From a virus (lineage: Duplodnaviria > Caudoviricetes), in the IMG/VR virus record IMGVR_UViG_3300012919_000015, positions 1-41,891 of that record: a stretch of 41,891 nucleotides of DNA, one strand, 5' to 3'. This document shows, piece by piece, positions 10,701 through 19,750 of the stretch. Each line of letters starts with the position of its first letter. The first letter of the stretch is position 1. The notes under the pieces are model-generated. The model saw nothing but the letters and a program-made list of their open reading frames with translations, did not search any database and was not told where the DNA came from. The position numbers and the translations under genes were made by a program.

Positions 10701-12214
10701 AACGCCAAGAAGTTTGTGTTTTGTTCTTTAATTTCCAAAACTTGTGTCTCGACTAAACTAGTTTTCTGACCTCTAGTGTCTGCTTTAACAACTAAAAAAT
10801 CTCCTTCTTTTACTTTGTTCTTGTCGTTTCCATTTAAAAGTATATATGAATATCCTGTTGATGGTTCAAAATGAAATATAGCAGGAGATATATTTTCATA
10901 TGTAGACTTGCTTTGCTTGACATACATCCTGTAATGAGTTGCAAAAGCAGGAGGCAAGTGATTTATTGATACATTGATTCTGTTGTGTGTTTTTGACGCA
11001 CTCAAAGGAACATTTATCTTGCTGTTCTTTGAAGTTATGACGCTAGTTGATCGCCCATAATCATCAAGATAAACCATTCCTATTTCATAATCTACGTTTG
11101 TTTTAACGCTTTTCTGTACGTTACCTGAAGATATTGCTGTTGAGTTTAAAGAAGGAGCGATGTTGAATGCGATAGAATCTCCGTTAGCATCTACAAGATT
11201 AAAGTTTTCAGTATAGTTAGCATATACAATTCTGTTGCCTATTAGCTGTTGTGTTTTTGCAGTCAAAGGAACATTGTCATATACTCTAAGTAATTCTTTT
11301 TCTGGTAAAACTTTGTAAACTTTACTATTGTCAAAAGTGTAACTGTGTGTAGAGTTGTTATTTATTAACTCATCTTCTTTATTAAAAGACTCTATAACAT
11401 ATACATTAGTTGAGTTGCTTTCTTTGAATACTAAATCTATTGCAACTACATCACTTGATCCAGTTTCAAATTGAATGCTGGCAGAGCTAAAAGAATTTAC
11501 CATGCAAGTATTTAATCCTGTAGAAAAATCAAAAGAAAAAGTTCCAGGTAAAAAAGCCACTTCGCTAAATGGAGATAGAGCGCTGTACTCTCCGTGAACA
11601 TATTCAAACCTATATCCAAAGTAAACAAATCTTTCTTTTATATTGTTTTCGTTCGGAGATGCATTTGTAAGAGTAACTACTGGAGGGTTTAGTGGAGGTT
11701 GTTTTATAACATCTAAGTCAAACTTTGTATATGTGTTGGAGTCTATGAGCCTTGCGCTTTCTATTTCTATTTTTCTAGGAGGGTTTATTCCATCTGTAAA
11801 AAACAAAAATCTCTTATCGTTGTCTATGTCAATTAAAATGTTTCCTTCAATAAAGTTAGTTTTGTAAAAATTTAAAACATTTGTTTTCCAAGACCTTGTG
11901 TCTTTAAGTATAAATGTGGATGAGTCGTTTTCAATATCATACTCTGAAACAAAACTTCCTGTGTCAGATCTAACAAACCAATATATTTTTTTATTAGCAT
12001 CGTCTGCAATAGATCCGATACAAACAGCATTAGCTCCAAAGTCTAATTGCGTAAGAGCTTGATTAGAAACAGAATTTTCTACTGCTCCAACATCAGATCC
12101 AGAAGACCCTACTACCCTAACGTTTACGGCATCTCTATACTCTCCTTTAGGAACAAGTCTTTCGTCAAGATCCTTGTTCATCTTTCCGGAGCTGAATACA
12201 CTCTTTAGCTTCAT
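4739..12214 (-). CDS. Tail stabilisation/muzzle protein, N-terminal part, fused to TSP3-like repeats and a Ser/Thr-rich extension (2491 aa)
   Basis: N-terminal FSSGKMNKDLDERLVPKGEYRDAVNVRV, LFFTDGINPPRKI, IGNRIVYANY, GEYGVTSNP, RLSQDGITQISDFGM, GSYDP; follows two ring-protein genes; residues ~1090-1770 are Asp-rich repeats. Confidence 0.8.
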   Translation of the reverse strand: MKLKSVFSSGKMNKDLDERLVPKGEYRDAVNVRVVGSSGSDVGAVENSVSNQALTQLDFGANAVCIGSIADDANKKIYWFVRSDTGSFVSEYDIENDSSTFILKDTRSWKTNVLNFYKTNFIEGNILIDIDNDKRFLFFTDGINPPRKIEIESARLIDSNTYTKFDLDVIKQPPLNPPVVTLTNASPNENNIKERFVYFGYRFEYVHGEYSALSPFSEVAFLPGTFSFDFSTGLNTCMVNSFSSASIQFETGSSDVVAIDLVFKESNSTNVYVIESFNKEDELINNNSTHSYTFDNSKVYKVLPEKELLRVYDNVPLTAKTQQLIGNRIVYANYTENFNLVDANGDSIAFNIAPSLNSTAISSGNVQKSVKTNVDYEIGMVYLDDYGRSTSVITSKNSKINVPLSASKTHNRINVSINHLPPAFATHYRMYVKQSKSTYENISPAIFHFEPSTGYSYILLNGNDKNKVKEGDFLVVKADTRGQKTSLVETQVLEIKEQNTNFLALKEDANYPGANDTPIAEQGGVYMKIKPVGFSFTTDDYERTEIDDFDTTSNRLNDPLANSQGGSSFIEGPNVYPASASTSTAASITVAGNYNVSNQFSRITITIDSVSGSGDTFTTTVTQLDNQTSTNLTVTGQAITPGVPISINNAAGATGLTVDFASSTGHTVGDKWTVNARPSTFSYSRNSKAFATIRSFPKASEDIPLGTVINFTYDEYNESVQFVTHEFVSDRTYVNLEEWYHESGAKATLTASIDESRIFFVRGTYGGDSSNITNNTTDDLLMVIRSLGTQNNDFDSKVKVKTNVIYLERQSTDIPTFETRAEDKNDEVFYELPKTYQITNGYHTVGSPGTSQTHLVAASLTLEFFNCFSWGNCIESYKVKDDFNAKFFKLENRPSANLKDYKKNHRTTSLTYSNVYDQTTKYNGLNEFNLSTVNYKDLDDFYGEISKIVSRENDLTVFQENRVSKILFNKNVLFNADGTGNVSSTSSVLGQDVPYLGEYGVTSNPFAVTLWGGRIYFVDERRRVVCRLSQDGITQISDFGMIDWFNDNLGTTLPPLGIGSYDPRDRQYSLSLKGTQEEWREDQVECEILYDSGDFDSDGIVNSLDPDDDNDGTPDTQDAFPFDASETTDSDGDGIGDNADTDDDGDGILDTNESSVAARTNANEELTLDTDSDGILDFADPDDDNDGLSDIEEAALGTNPLLADTDSDSVNDKDDAFPTNASESVDTDGDGIGNNADPDDDNDGVLDSSDAFPLDSSETTDTDSDGVGDNADPDDDNDGIPDVDEVDTDREPPVDDIDTDDDNDGVLDVNDAFPLDPTETTDTDSDGTGDNADTDDDNDGVLDTQDAFPLDPTETVDTDSDGTGDNADTDDDNDGVLDTQDAFPLDATETTDTDSDGIGDNADTDDDNDGVLDVQDAFPLDSTESVDTDSDGIGNNADTDDDGDGVADSSDAFPLDPTESVDTDSDGIGDNADTDDDNDGTPDTSDAFPLDPSETTDTDGDGTGDNADTDDDNDGTPDSSDAFPLDATETTDTDSDGVGDNADTDDDNDGVLDSADAFPLDATETTDTDSDGIGDNADLDDDGDGISDAYETQLGTNPLDSTDTPTDTDSDGIPNAIDTDDDNDGTPDTSDAFPLDSTETTDSDGDGTGDNADTDDDNDGVSDADEIAAGTDPLDSTSTPPDTDGDGTLDYLDTDDDNDGVLDVNDAFPLDASESVDTDGDGIGNNADTDDDNDGLTDAQEATAGTNPLLADTDSDFIVDSVDPDPLDSSNPTVSDTSGSGRSSSCTTPETHHYFPNAQPLYGSGSSTSNSSYRLSGDFYNDNVTQTDSALSIIPKGSSAITIGDNIYLSTTASGGAGTVLISSLNLTDTPKFNDGINGNSVGLTFNDRLITKAAAVAAGYTIGIMRNQDESVRPLTGQSVNDIPDDAILQAHTTDLGTNPNNGFPAPNNVNSAVAICVPIGFKEITILRSVNTNLRDTSSNNDQLHPSLVNTLHTHCGDLWFEVTSGLSSTQQPITTGTDSTGLNGPVQAVANQSLTFPQVTAYTEPSGQSTVTFSDKYQEVDGGDAFKVSGVTSISGGLSSFNTRIGPLFRQHGFNQETIKIHTYYNTLPPVTVNIKNRDFGQTYSNTAQIVASAPSGDIGSGITIDSNGNILVTSMGSTTYASSVSHPDDSSIVIGTGTNFKAQFIKLDTLGDLQWELQRTGSGNNNTYPATIGKTESSPGSNSTTGSALPFSQWGDTTVITNGTSTLNANAGLKLIGGSFFDKFANVSGTVDATITIVKTVIDFVPKYGLLITTSSTPPSISNAVTSIFYERVYFNNTLEPFIGKTLTIDNTISTSGYFTGQPQTTRYTTNFNNVNDFAFLTFTSSTYTGSGCLNVGDSYIISGTDGTNSFSGTWEIVDGSQNMAQGKAVTQMIASIWSCGTGGSSNALASSQANHQYWFISRVDSNGVDHSAAMEKLSKELSLSGTTNPNYSGNQPTITFGINPSP
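6905..8945 (-). repeat. Thrombospondin type 3-like Ca-binding tandem repeat, 18 units, mostly 35 aa (105 bp)
   Basis: 18 DDD(N/G)DG anchors counted; consensus TDDDNDGVLDxxDAFPLDxTETTDTDSDGxGDNAD, with interspersed E..xGTNPL variants. Confidence 0.92.
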
Positions 12215-13071
12215 TATTTAATCCACTTATTTCTTCCCTTCAATGTTTGAACTAAATCAAAAGGGTGAATATCAAGAAGTCTTATTTTCATGTTTTTCAT
12301 GGCAGCAAAAGATTCATTCTTTAATCTTCTCACGATGTATTCTTGAACATTTATTTTGTGCTTAATTACATCATATGCAATTTGTTTGTAAATAAAATCT
12401 TCTGCTAGCTTATTGACTTTAATTTGATCTTCAGTTAAATAATCTATTCCATCACATATATATTCTATAACAACATGCTTGCCTTTTACCTCAGAACTAA
12501 ATCTTATTACTCCTGTCTGTTTATCTAAATTATATCTTCCATTTACGTTTGCTATTCCAGTAGCTAAACCAAACCTCCCGCCAAAGAACTCATCGCTTAG
12601 AGAAGAAGCTGCATCTTGAGTTGTGTTTTCTATTGATGAAAGTTGTGTATCTATATAACTTGTTCCGGATAAAGCACTACCATCTGCGTCAAACAATATA
12701 TTATAGTCATTATCTTGCAGGTAAGCTTGAGCGATTGTTGTATTATTATCAACCATTAATGGATGCAATCTACCTCTTTCGTCAACCCAAGATAATCTTA
12801 CTAGCTTTACAAAATCCTTTGGTACTTCAAGCCTCAGGTCCGTAGGCAACTCAAGCTCAAGTGCTTTGACATTTCTTAACGCATCATAATTTAACTCTTG
12901 TATCGCTCTCTTTGCATGGAAAACTACATCGTATCTTTTTACATTATTAATCACTTTTTCATCTCCAACATAGAATAAGTAAAAATTATTTACTATATCT
13001 TTCAGAGAAACAAACTGTGATCCTCCATAATTAGATGACGATGCGTAATATTGCTGATCTGTCAAAGCCAT
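12214..13071 (-). CDS. Tail ring/adaptor structural protein (285 aa)
   Basis: Directly upstream of the muzzle gene with stop/start overlap; VVFHAKRAIQELNYD and PKDFVKLVRLSWVD resemble ring proteins. Confidence 0.6.
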   Translation of the reverse strand: MALTDQQYYASSSNYGGSQFVSLKDIVNNFYLFYVGDEKVINNVKRYDVVFHAKRAIQELNYDALRNVKALELELPTDLRLEVPKDFVKLVRLSWVDERGRLHPLMVDNNTTIAQAYLQDNDYNILFDADGSALSGTSYIDTQLSSIENTTQDAASSLSDEFFGGRFGLATGIANVNGRYNLDKQTGVIRFSSEVKGKHVVIEYICDGIDYLTEDQIKVNKLAEDFIYKQIAYDVIKHKINVQEYIVRRLKNESFAAMKNMKIRLLDIHPFDLVQTLKGRNKWIK

Positions 13072-13073
13072 AT

Positions 13074-13760
13074 TTAAGAATCTTTATTAGTGTTCGCCTG
13101 GTCTAATCCAGAGGCAACTTGAGTTACTTCTGTTTCTCTTATAGTAAGACCAGTAAGTTTTAATATTTCTACAATTAAATTTACAGACTCATCTTGGTCA
13201 ATCTCAAAATCTTGATAATCTGATTTGCTTGAGTTGAATACAGGATTTTCTCCTATCAAATTATAAGTCCATTTAGGATCTTTAGGGTTTCTTACATATG
13301 TAAAATCTACATTTCCTGTTATTGTCGTTGGGAAAACCGATATAGTACTTCCTTCATCAATAAAAACAGGATAAGTATTGCTAGGTGATGTTAGATTTGA
13401 TGAAATCAAAAATCTTTCTTTGTGTCTTGGAACTTGCTCTATATCCGTGTTTGAATGTCTCACGGCAATTATATACTGCAAGTCTGATGGTTTGTCATAT
13501 TTAGATAAGCTTTGAGCTACTGAAGACTGCTTTGTAAAAGCTTGAAGCCTTTTCATAAGAATCTCTTCTCTATCCATAAACTCTGAAGATATTTGTCTTG
13601 CATTTTTTGCAGTTAACATCCTTGAATATTCTGACAGATATTGATTAAACAAAAGCTGCTGTGCGTGTTTAGCATATGAGTTGAATTGAGCAGGCGTTAT
13701 AAACCCTCTATTCTCTTTATTCAAAACTGTAAGTACGGTATTTCTAACATGATTTATCAT
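13074..13760 (-). CDS. Head-tail connector/ring protein (228 aa)
   Basis: VLNKENRGFITPAQFN and TYVRNPKDPKW resemble crAss-like ring proteins; synteny. Confidence 0.6.
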   Translation of the reverse strand: MINHVRNTVLTVLNKENRGFITPAQFNSYAKHAQQLLFNQYLSEYSRMLTAKNARQISSEFMDREEILMKRLQAFTKQSSVAQSLSKYDKPSDLQYIIAVRHSNTDIEQVPRHKERFLISSNLTSPSNTYPVFIDEGSTISVFPTTITGNVDFTYVRNPKDPKWTYNLIGENPVFNSSKSDYQDFEIDQDESVNLIVEILKLTGLTIRETEVTQVASGLDQANTNKDS

Positions 13761-13764
13761 GCTA

Positions 13765-13772
13765 CAAATGTA
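13765..13772 (-). promoter_or_regulatory. Bacteroidetes -7 element TACATTTG
   Basis: Exact match 4 nt upstream of the ATG at 13760 and just downstream of a terminator. Confidence 0.65.
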
Positions 13773-13774
13773 CG

Positions 13775-13804
13775 AAAAAAAAAGAGGTCGATTTATTCGA
13801 CCCC
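13775..13804 (-). terminator. Rho-independent terminator
   Basis: Minus strand GGGGTCGA-ataaa-TCGACCTC followed by 9 T. Confidence 0.85.
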
Positions 13805-13834
13805 TAATTAACAGCTATTATATGGATGATTTTA

Positions 13835-14587
13835 CTATAGGCTGTTGTTGATTGATTGCAGTACATCAAGACCCTCGTCAGTTTTGAAAAAAGCCGCTAA
13901 TGCACTATAGGCATTCTCTCCGTAAGGAACTGTAATTATTTTTTCTTTTGTTTTGTTGTTCCAATAAACAGTCCTTTGATCTTCTTTCAATGCAATAACT
14001 CCCATTTCTACAGCACGAATTGCAACATTCCTCAAGTTTATGTTTTCATCGTTAGCAAGATCAATAAACTTATCAGGGTTTTGTCTTGCATATATTAACA
14101 TGTCCCTTCTTATTTCATTGGAAGCCATCGTTGAAACTTTTGAATGAAGCACGGCTCTTGCTATAGCTTCAAGATCTTCAATCGGCATATCTTTAGCTAA
14201 ATTCATTGCCTCTAATTCTTCTTCGACTGTTTTTATTTCAGTCTCTGCTTCTTTATTAGCATCAAATTCTTTATAAACCTTTTCCTTGTCAGGATGATAC
14301 AGCGACAAAAACTGCTGTAACAACACATTTTCTTTTGGTACAATTAACTTACCATCTTTGAATATGATGGCTGGCAAAGTTACATCTCCCATTTGTTCAT
14401 CTTCAAAAATAGAAGTTTGATTTGAAGCATATCTTAGTGATCGGTTGATGCTTCCGTCAAAATATTGTAAAGGTTTATTTAAGTGGTGTCTTGATCTTAA
14501 TATGTAGTTAACAGGAGTCATTCCTCCATTCAAGACATATACTCTATCTCTTATTTCCCACGATGGGGGTGTTTTTTTTCTAGGCAT
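13835..14587 (-). CDS. Conserved hypothetical protein downstream of the major capsid gene
   Basis: 250-aa ORF with an AT-rich leader, fitted between two hairpins. Confidence 0.6.
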   Translation of the reverse strand: MPRKKTPPSWEIRDRVYVLNGGMTPVNYILRSRHHLNKPLQYFDGSINRSLRYASNQTSIFEDEQMGDVTLPAIIFKDGKLIVPKENVLLQQFLSLYHPDKEKVYKEFDANKEAETEIKTVEEELEAMNLAKDMPIEDLEAIARAVLHSKVSTMASNEIRRDMLIYARQNPDKFIDLANDENINLRNVAIRAVEMGVIALKEDQRTVYWNNKTKEKIITVPYGENAYSALAAFFKTDEGLDVLQSINNSL

Positions 14588-14617
14588 TTTATTAAGTATT
14601 AAATTAAATTCAAAATT

Positions 14618-14652
14618 GATAGGGAATGGGGGCTTTGGCCCCCAATCCTATC
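14618..14652 (-). terminator. GC-rich hairpin after the capsid gene (weak terminator or mRNA stabiliser)
   Basis: GATAGGATTGGGGGC-caaa-GCCCCCATTCCCTATC, followed only by a short AATTTTG tail. Confidence 0.65.
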
Positions 14653-14660
14653 CAAAAATA

Positions 14661-16001
14661 TTACTTCATCAAAACGAAGTTATTTGCTCCGTGAACACAT
14701 AGTGCTCTTTCAGACAAGAAGTGTACTTGCATAGCATCTAAGTCACTAGACATACCAGCTGTACCAGCTGATCCAGTTACCCAAGACTTATACTTTCTAT
14801 CTTCAGCTTCTGACTTACGATATTTAATATGTAAGAAAGGTCGAGTTGCATTCTTACCTAAAACTTGATCGTAAATAGTAGTAGTTCCAGCAGGAACAAG
14901 AACTCCGTCTACAGCAGAAGTCAAAGCTCCTGTAGTAGCATCATTCAAATATTTCCAATCACTTTTATAAAAATCATATCCTAAGTTAAAGCCCATAAAT
15001 CCAAGATTCAAAGCCATGCTTTCGCTATTGTCAAATAATCCATAAGATGCAGTAGAAGCTCCTGAGTTATTTTGCGCTGCTAATACAGTGTCAATCTCAA
15101 AAGATTTTGTTCTATTTACAAATAAAACATTTTCTTGAATAGCTCCTTCTTTATCTAATACTTTGATAATTTCCTCAATATCAGCTCTGGCTGCTATAGA
15201 TCCAGTGGCAATGTTGCCTCTGTTTTCTAGCTCATGGAACAAACCTTTAGTTCCTTTGAATGTTGCAGTTTCAGCACCTGATCCAGAAGCAGCAGGAACA
15301 CCTTCAATTAAAGATAGCTCCATGTAGTCTTCAAATCTAAGTCTTGTTTCATGCTCAGATTTCAAATACCACAAGTACCCTGTAGCTCCATTTTCTGTAG
15401 TAACTTCAATCCATCCTATTTGAGCTAAGTCTGAACCATTAACTTCATACTTTTCTTTAATAATGATAGGATTGTTTGTTTGAATATCTTTTGGCGCTTC
15501 TAAGCTTCCAGACATTCCACCTGTACCTTTTCTAAATTCAGAACCATAAGCAAATATTTTAAGGCCACTATTCGCTACACTTGCATTAAGGTTTGCTCCT
15601 GTAAAGGACTTAACCTCAAATGAGTTTGCATCTGGAACAGCAGTAATAATTGCTTTATCTTGATCAGTCCCGTCACTAATGATAACAGTTTGATTTACTC
15701 TAAATGGATGTGCAGTTGAAGTAATCGTATCAGTTGAACGAGTTGCTCCAGTCACAGCTAAATGTAATCTACCTTGTTCTGACCACTGAATAACATCAGA
15801 GGCAAAAGGCATTTCAGCTCCAACTAGTCTTAGAAATGAAGATACGGATCTGTTTCCGTATTTTTCAAATTCTTTTTCATAAACATCGGGTAAATATTGA
15901 GATGTAAACTCAATACTTGACCCTAAATAATTCGATGAAAGCGTTGCTTTCGAGGGAGCGGGGGTTAATGCACCACCAACTCCGGTCATTGTTACAGACA
16001 T
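14661..16001 (-). CDS. Major capsid protein
   Basis: 446 aa, following portal and scaffold and followed by a strong hairpin; SDVIQWSEQGRLH, WYLKSEHETRLRF, KGTKGLF, HFLSERALCVHGANNF. Confidence 0.85.
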   Translation of the reverse strand: MSVTMTGVGGALTPAPSKATLSSNYLGSSIEFTSQYLPDVYEKEFEKYGNRSVSSFLRLVGAEMPFASDVIQWSEQGRLHLAVTGATRSTDTITSTAHPFRVNQTVIISDGTDQDKAIITAVPDANSFEVKSFTGANLNASVANSGLKIFAYGSEFRKGTGGMSGSLEAPKDIQTNNPIIIKEKYEVNGSDLAQIGWIEVTTENGATGYLWYLKSEHETRLRFEDYMELSLIEGVPAASGSGAETATFKGTKGLFHELENRGNIATGSIAARADIEEIIKVLDKEGAIQENVLFVNRTKSFEIDTVLAAQNNSGASTASYGLFDNSESMALNLGFMGFNLGYDFYKSDWKYLNDATTGALTSAVDGVLVPAGTTTIYDQVLGKNATRPFLHIKYRKSEAEDRKYKSWVTGSAGTAGMSSDLDAMQVHFLSERALCVHGANNFVLMK

Positions 16002-16020
16002 TTTTAAATAATTTTATACG

Positions 16021-17286
16021 TTAGTTTCGTTTTCTAATTTTAAACTCAAACTGATCTTCAGAATCAACTACACGATACTTTGTCCCCGCAACCTCATTTA
16101 CTTTATTGTCCCTGACAGACATGTCAATGTTTTTTGTTTCTCTAACAATGTCTCCAGTGGCATCTGATTTCCCTTGCTCATAAAAATATTTTGCAAGTTG
16201 ATCAGGGTTCATTGCCGCATATAACGCACGGTGATAGCTTGTAGGATTCTTAATAAATCCTTTTTCGTCTAAATGTTCAGACAAAAAATTATTAAGATTT
16301 CCCTGAGCCTCTCTAGTTCTATTTAAGTCAGAAGGTTTAACTGATTGTTTTTTGTTACCCAAATTAAATTCAAAACCTTTGAACTCGTCATTGAATAAAT
16401 CGTTAGTCTTCTTTGTAAAAAAATTAGAGCGCTCTTCGTTTAGCTTTTTTTCTTCTTCAACCTGAGCTTGATATTCATTATAAAAACTAAAAGCCTCTTT
16501 GTAATTATTTGGAATGTCCGCACTACTAGACTCTAGTGGAGCTTTATACTTTTCCTTCAAAGTTTCAAAGTGGTTCCTAGCATTATACAATGCTTCTTTG
16601 TAAGCTACCTTTTTTCTTCTTATATCTTTCTCTTCATCTGCCTCTTCATCAAAACTATAAGATTCTTTTATAAGGTAGTCTATATCATCCTGATCTAAAT
16701 GAGGTTTTGTTTGTTTAAAATATTCTCTGATTACTTCTGAATCAGAAACTGAACTCCAATCTTTTTGCAACTCTGCAAAATCTTGGAAGGACCTTCCTGT
16801 TTCTTTTTTGTAATCCATAAACTTTTGTACCTCTTCAGATACATCAGGATTCTTTTTACTTTCACTATTTAAAAGAACTTTAAACTCATCAATAGACTTA
16901 AATTCTTTGTCGTATCTATCTTTGAGTTTTGACAAAAACCAATTATCATCTTCAACTGGTTCTTGTTTTTTTTCAGATTCTGGAGCATCTTCTTTGTTTT
17001 TAGATGCCTCACCATCTGTGTTTTCTTTGTTATCTAAAACCTCTTCGCTTACCTTCTGTAAGACATTTTCTTTGTCTTCGGTTTTTTCGGTGTCTTTACT
17101 TTCTTCTTTTTGTTGTGATAACTCATCTTGTTTTTGTTCTTTAATTTTATTTTCTTCTTTAACCTCTTTTTCTTCTTGAGCAACTTGCTCAGTAGTATTT
17201 TCTTTTTTTTCTTCTGTCTTGCTTTCTGACTTTGGCTCTATCCTATTGCCATCATCATCTAAGGCATAGACTTTAATGTCCTCCAT
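16021..17286 (-). CDS. Putative capsid scaffolding protein
   Basis: Highly charged, disordered E/K-rich N-terminus and helical C-terminus ending in a basic tail; between portal and capsid genes. Confidence 0.65.
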   Translation of the reverse strand: MEDIKVYALDDDGNRIEPKSESKTEEKKENTTEQVAQEEKEVKEENKIKEQKQDELSQQKEESKDTEKTEDKENVLQKVSEEVLDNKENTDGEASKNKEDAPESEKKQEPVEDDNWFLSKLKDRYDKEFKSIDEFKVLLNSESKKNPDVSEEVQKFMDYKKETGRSFQDFAELQKDWSSVSDSEVIREYFKQTKPHLDQDDIDYLIKESYSFDEEADEEKDIRRKKVAYKEALYNARNHFETLKEKYKAPLESSSADIPNNYKEAFSFYNEYQAQVEEEKKLNEERSNFFTKKTNDLFNDEFKGFEFNLGNKKQSVKPSDLNRTREAQGNLNNFLSEHLDEKGFIKNPTSYHRALYAAMNPDQLAKYFYEQGKSDATGDIVRETKNIDMSVRDNKVNEVAGTKYRVVDSEDQFEFKIRKRN

Positions 17287-17308
17287 AATATATTAAATTA
17301 AATTTATA

Positions 17309-17316
17309 CAAAATTA
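17309..17316 (-). promoter_or_regulatory. Bacteroidetes -7 element TAATTTTG for scaffold and capsid genes
   Basis: Exact match in the intergenic gap, with TTTG about 20 nt upstream. Confidence 0.65.
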
Positions 17317-17347
17317 CTAAATAAATTCAAACACGCAAATCATTGAT

Positions 17348-19744
17348 TTACAATGACAAAGAGTCTGAACCATCAAAATCAATAGGATCTAAATCTTGCT
17401 TTCTTTGCTGAATTAGTTTTGATTGTTGTGACGCTTGCTTTGCTGTCCTTTGATCTTTCCTATCTTCTTTTGTATTTTCCTTTTGAGCCTGGAGTGTAAT
17501 CTTTTGTGCTTGTGATTGATTGTTAAGGTTGCTTTGCATTTCCAACAGCATTGATTTTAACTCAAACTCCTTTTGCATTCTTTGAAGTTCTAAATCAAAC
17601 TCTAACTGTTTCATTTGAGACTCTGTCTGTATTTTTACAGACATTGTTTGTTGTTTCGCACTTTCTGCAGCTTGAGCTGCTTGTTGGTTTGCTTGAGACT
17701 GTTGCTGTATATTTTCTTGTTTTCTTTTTGCATCCAGCTCTTCTTTTCTTTTCTTTCTTACCTTAAGTACTTGTGAAGCTATCTTGACATTGTTAATTGA
17801 TCTTACATCTATCGCATCATCTATATCAATTTTACCTGCAGATAAAGATGTTTGTATATTTTGTTCAAGAATACCCTTTTCTTCTTCATCCGGATGTAGC
17901 TCTATGTAAATGCCAAAATCATGTAAGTGCAATTCTTTTATTTCATCTAAGAGCTCCACGCTAAACTTGCCTATGTTTTTGACAAAGTCTTCTTTCATTT
18001 CTGAAAACTCTAACAAGTCTGATAGTCTATAACTAATGCATTCAGCTAGTCTTTCAGTGATATATTTGCCAGATATTAATATGTGTTTTGTTGCTGTGTT
18101 GCTATTGAGTGCAGCAATTTTTTGTATTCCAACTAAAGAATTTGCGTCTGGCATAGATCCATCTCTAGCCTCATTGAGTCCAGTGGCAGACCTAATTAAT
18201 CCCAAATTATAATTATACATATTTATTAGAGAGGATATTTTAGCATTTGCACCTGATGCAGTCAGTTCTTGCACTGGAACTTTACCATGATTAAACTCTC
18301 CTTCTTCAGTATAAGATCTACCAAGGACTGACCCAGTTTGAAAATATAAATTAAGGGCTTCTTGCGGTGTGTATGTTGCTCCATTTCCTAGATTTATAGA
18401 AGTCAATCCGTCAATGTCCATATATACACCATCTGGAATCATTTTTGCAGTAACTTGCTGAAGCTTCAAATGTATTAACTGTATTTGATCAGCGAAGGGA
18501 ATCATTCTTTTTACCAAGGAATCTATTTGTCCTCTGTACATTTTTGGAGCACTCACAATAAATGGAGCATATGTTTTACTTATGGCTGATTTTGGTCTAA
18601 CCATATTTTTCATAACCTCCCATTTAAGCATTTTGTTTGTTCCTAAAACTAAAACGCCTTCATACCAAACATCAATTCTCTTTGAAAGCTTTTCAAATCT
18701 TGCTCCTTCTGTTTTCGGTGGATTAAATTGGTCATCTTTTTTCAACACCTTGTCTCCACCTTGAGCTGTTTTTTTCTTTTTGTAAACTATCCTCTTGTCC
18801 GTCTTGTAACAAAAGTAAAGTAGAGTTGCTGTATTGTGATCAAAGTTGTCGCTTTGATAGCCGCCTCTAATACCTTGATATGAATCAAACTTAGAAGACA
18901 TTTTAGATATTTCTTTTATATCCTCTTGGGATAAAGATGAATCTATTTTTTTAAGTTCTGTTATGTTTACATTTTTTACTTCGCCAAAATAATAGCAATC
19001 CTCAAAATTTGGGTCTTCAGTTGGACTCCAAATCATATTAGCTGGATCTACATATTCTACCTTGATACCTTCGCTGTTGTTAAAAGAATGTTTGACTGCT
19101 GAGATCCCTAATACTGTTTGATCTTGATCAATCAATCTTTTTGTTCTCTCATAAGAATTAAGTTTCATGATGCTTGTTATTGCTTTTTCTTCAGCAATCT
19201 CTATATCATCTTTGTAATCTATCATCATATGAAGATCAAGCTCGTCATCATTAGCAGGTAAATTTTCAGGAGTAGTTTTAAACATATCCTTATTAATCAT
19301 ATCTCCCATCTCAGAAAAAGCATCTTTATTTCTCATGTCCGTTTGAACAGAGTTTTTATAGAGAGCTCTTTTGTTAGTTGAAACTGGATCTACAGCTTCA
19401 GCTTTTACATCGAAAAGTCTATTAGATATTCCATTGACTACTATATCTACAAATTTAGGTATTACAGGAACGGGTGTCCAGTCTAAATTAAGATATGATA
19501 TATCTCCGTTGATAGCTAGTTCATCTTTGTATTTTTGTACAGACTGTTCTCCCATAGCGTAAGTTCTAAGCTTATGGTATGTGTCTCTGTTGTTGTAAAA
19601 TCTAGAAGTGCCGCTTTCTTTTCTGAACCATTCTGACTCTATAGCTCTTCCTACAAGAAGGCCATATTCTATTGATGCCTTCTCCGCATCTGACACAAGT
19701 TGATCAGGGAATCCTATAACATTTCTTGTTTGATCTCCGTACAT
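17348..19744 (-). CDS. Portal protein
   Basis: 798 aa directly after TerL; NLDWTPVPVIPKFVDIVVNG, TGLNEARDG and a Gln-rich C-terminal coiled coil. Confidence 0.85.
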   Translation of the reverse strand: MYGDQTRNVIGFPDQLVSDAEKASIEYGLLVGRAIESEWFRKESGTSRFYNNRDTYHKLRTYAMGEQSVQKYKDELAINGDISYLNLDWTPVPVIPKFVDIVVNGISNRLFDVKAEAVDPVSTNKRALYKNSVQTDMRNKDAFSEMGDMINKDMFKTTPENLPANDDELDLHMMIDYKDDIEIAEEKAITSIMKLNSYERTKRLIDQDQTVLGISAVKHSFNNSEGIKVEYVDPANMIWSPTEDPNFEDCYYFGEVKNVNITELKKIDSSLSQEDIKEISKMSSKFDSYQGIRGGYQSDNFDHNTATLLYFCYKTDKRIVYKKKKTAQGGDKVLKKDDQFNPPKTEGARFEKLSKRIDVWYEGVLVLGTNKMLKWEVMKNMVRPKSAISKTYAPFIVSAPKMYRGQIDSLVKRMIPFADQIQLIHLKLQQVTAKMIPDGVYMDIDGLTSINLGNGATYTPQEALNLYFQTGSVLGRSYTEEGEFNHGKVPVQELTASGANAKISSLINMYNYNLGLIRSATGLNEARDGSMPDANSLVGIQKIAALNSNTATKHILISGKYITERLAECISYRLSDLLEFSEMKEDFVKNIGKFSVELLDEIKELHLHDFGIYIELHPDEEEKGILEQNIQTSLSAGKIDIDDAIDVRSINNVKIASQVLKVRKKRKEELDAKRKQENIQQQSQANQQAAQAAESAKQQTMSVKIQTESQMKQLEFDLELQRMQKEFELKSMLLEMQSNLNNQSQAQKITLQAQKENTKEDRKDQRTAKQASQQSKLIQQRKQDLDPIDFDGSDSLSL

Positions 19745-19750
19745 ATATAT

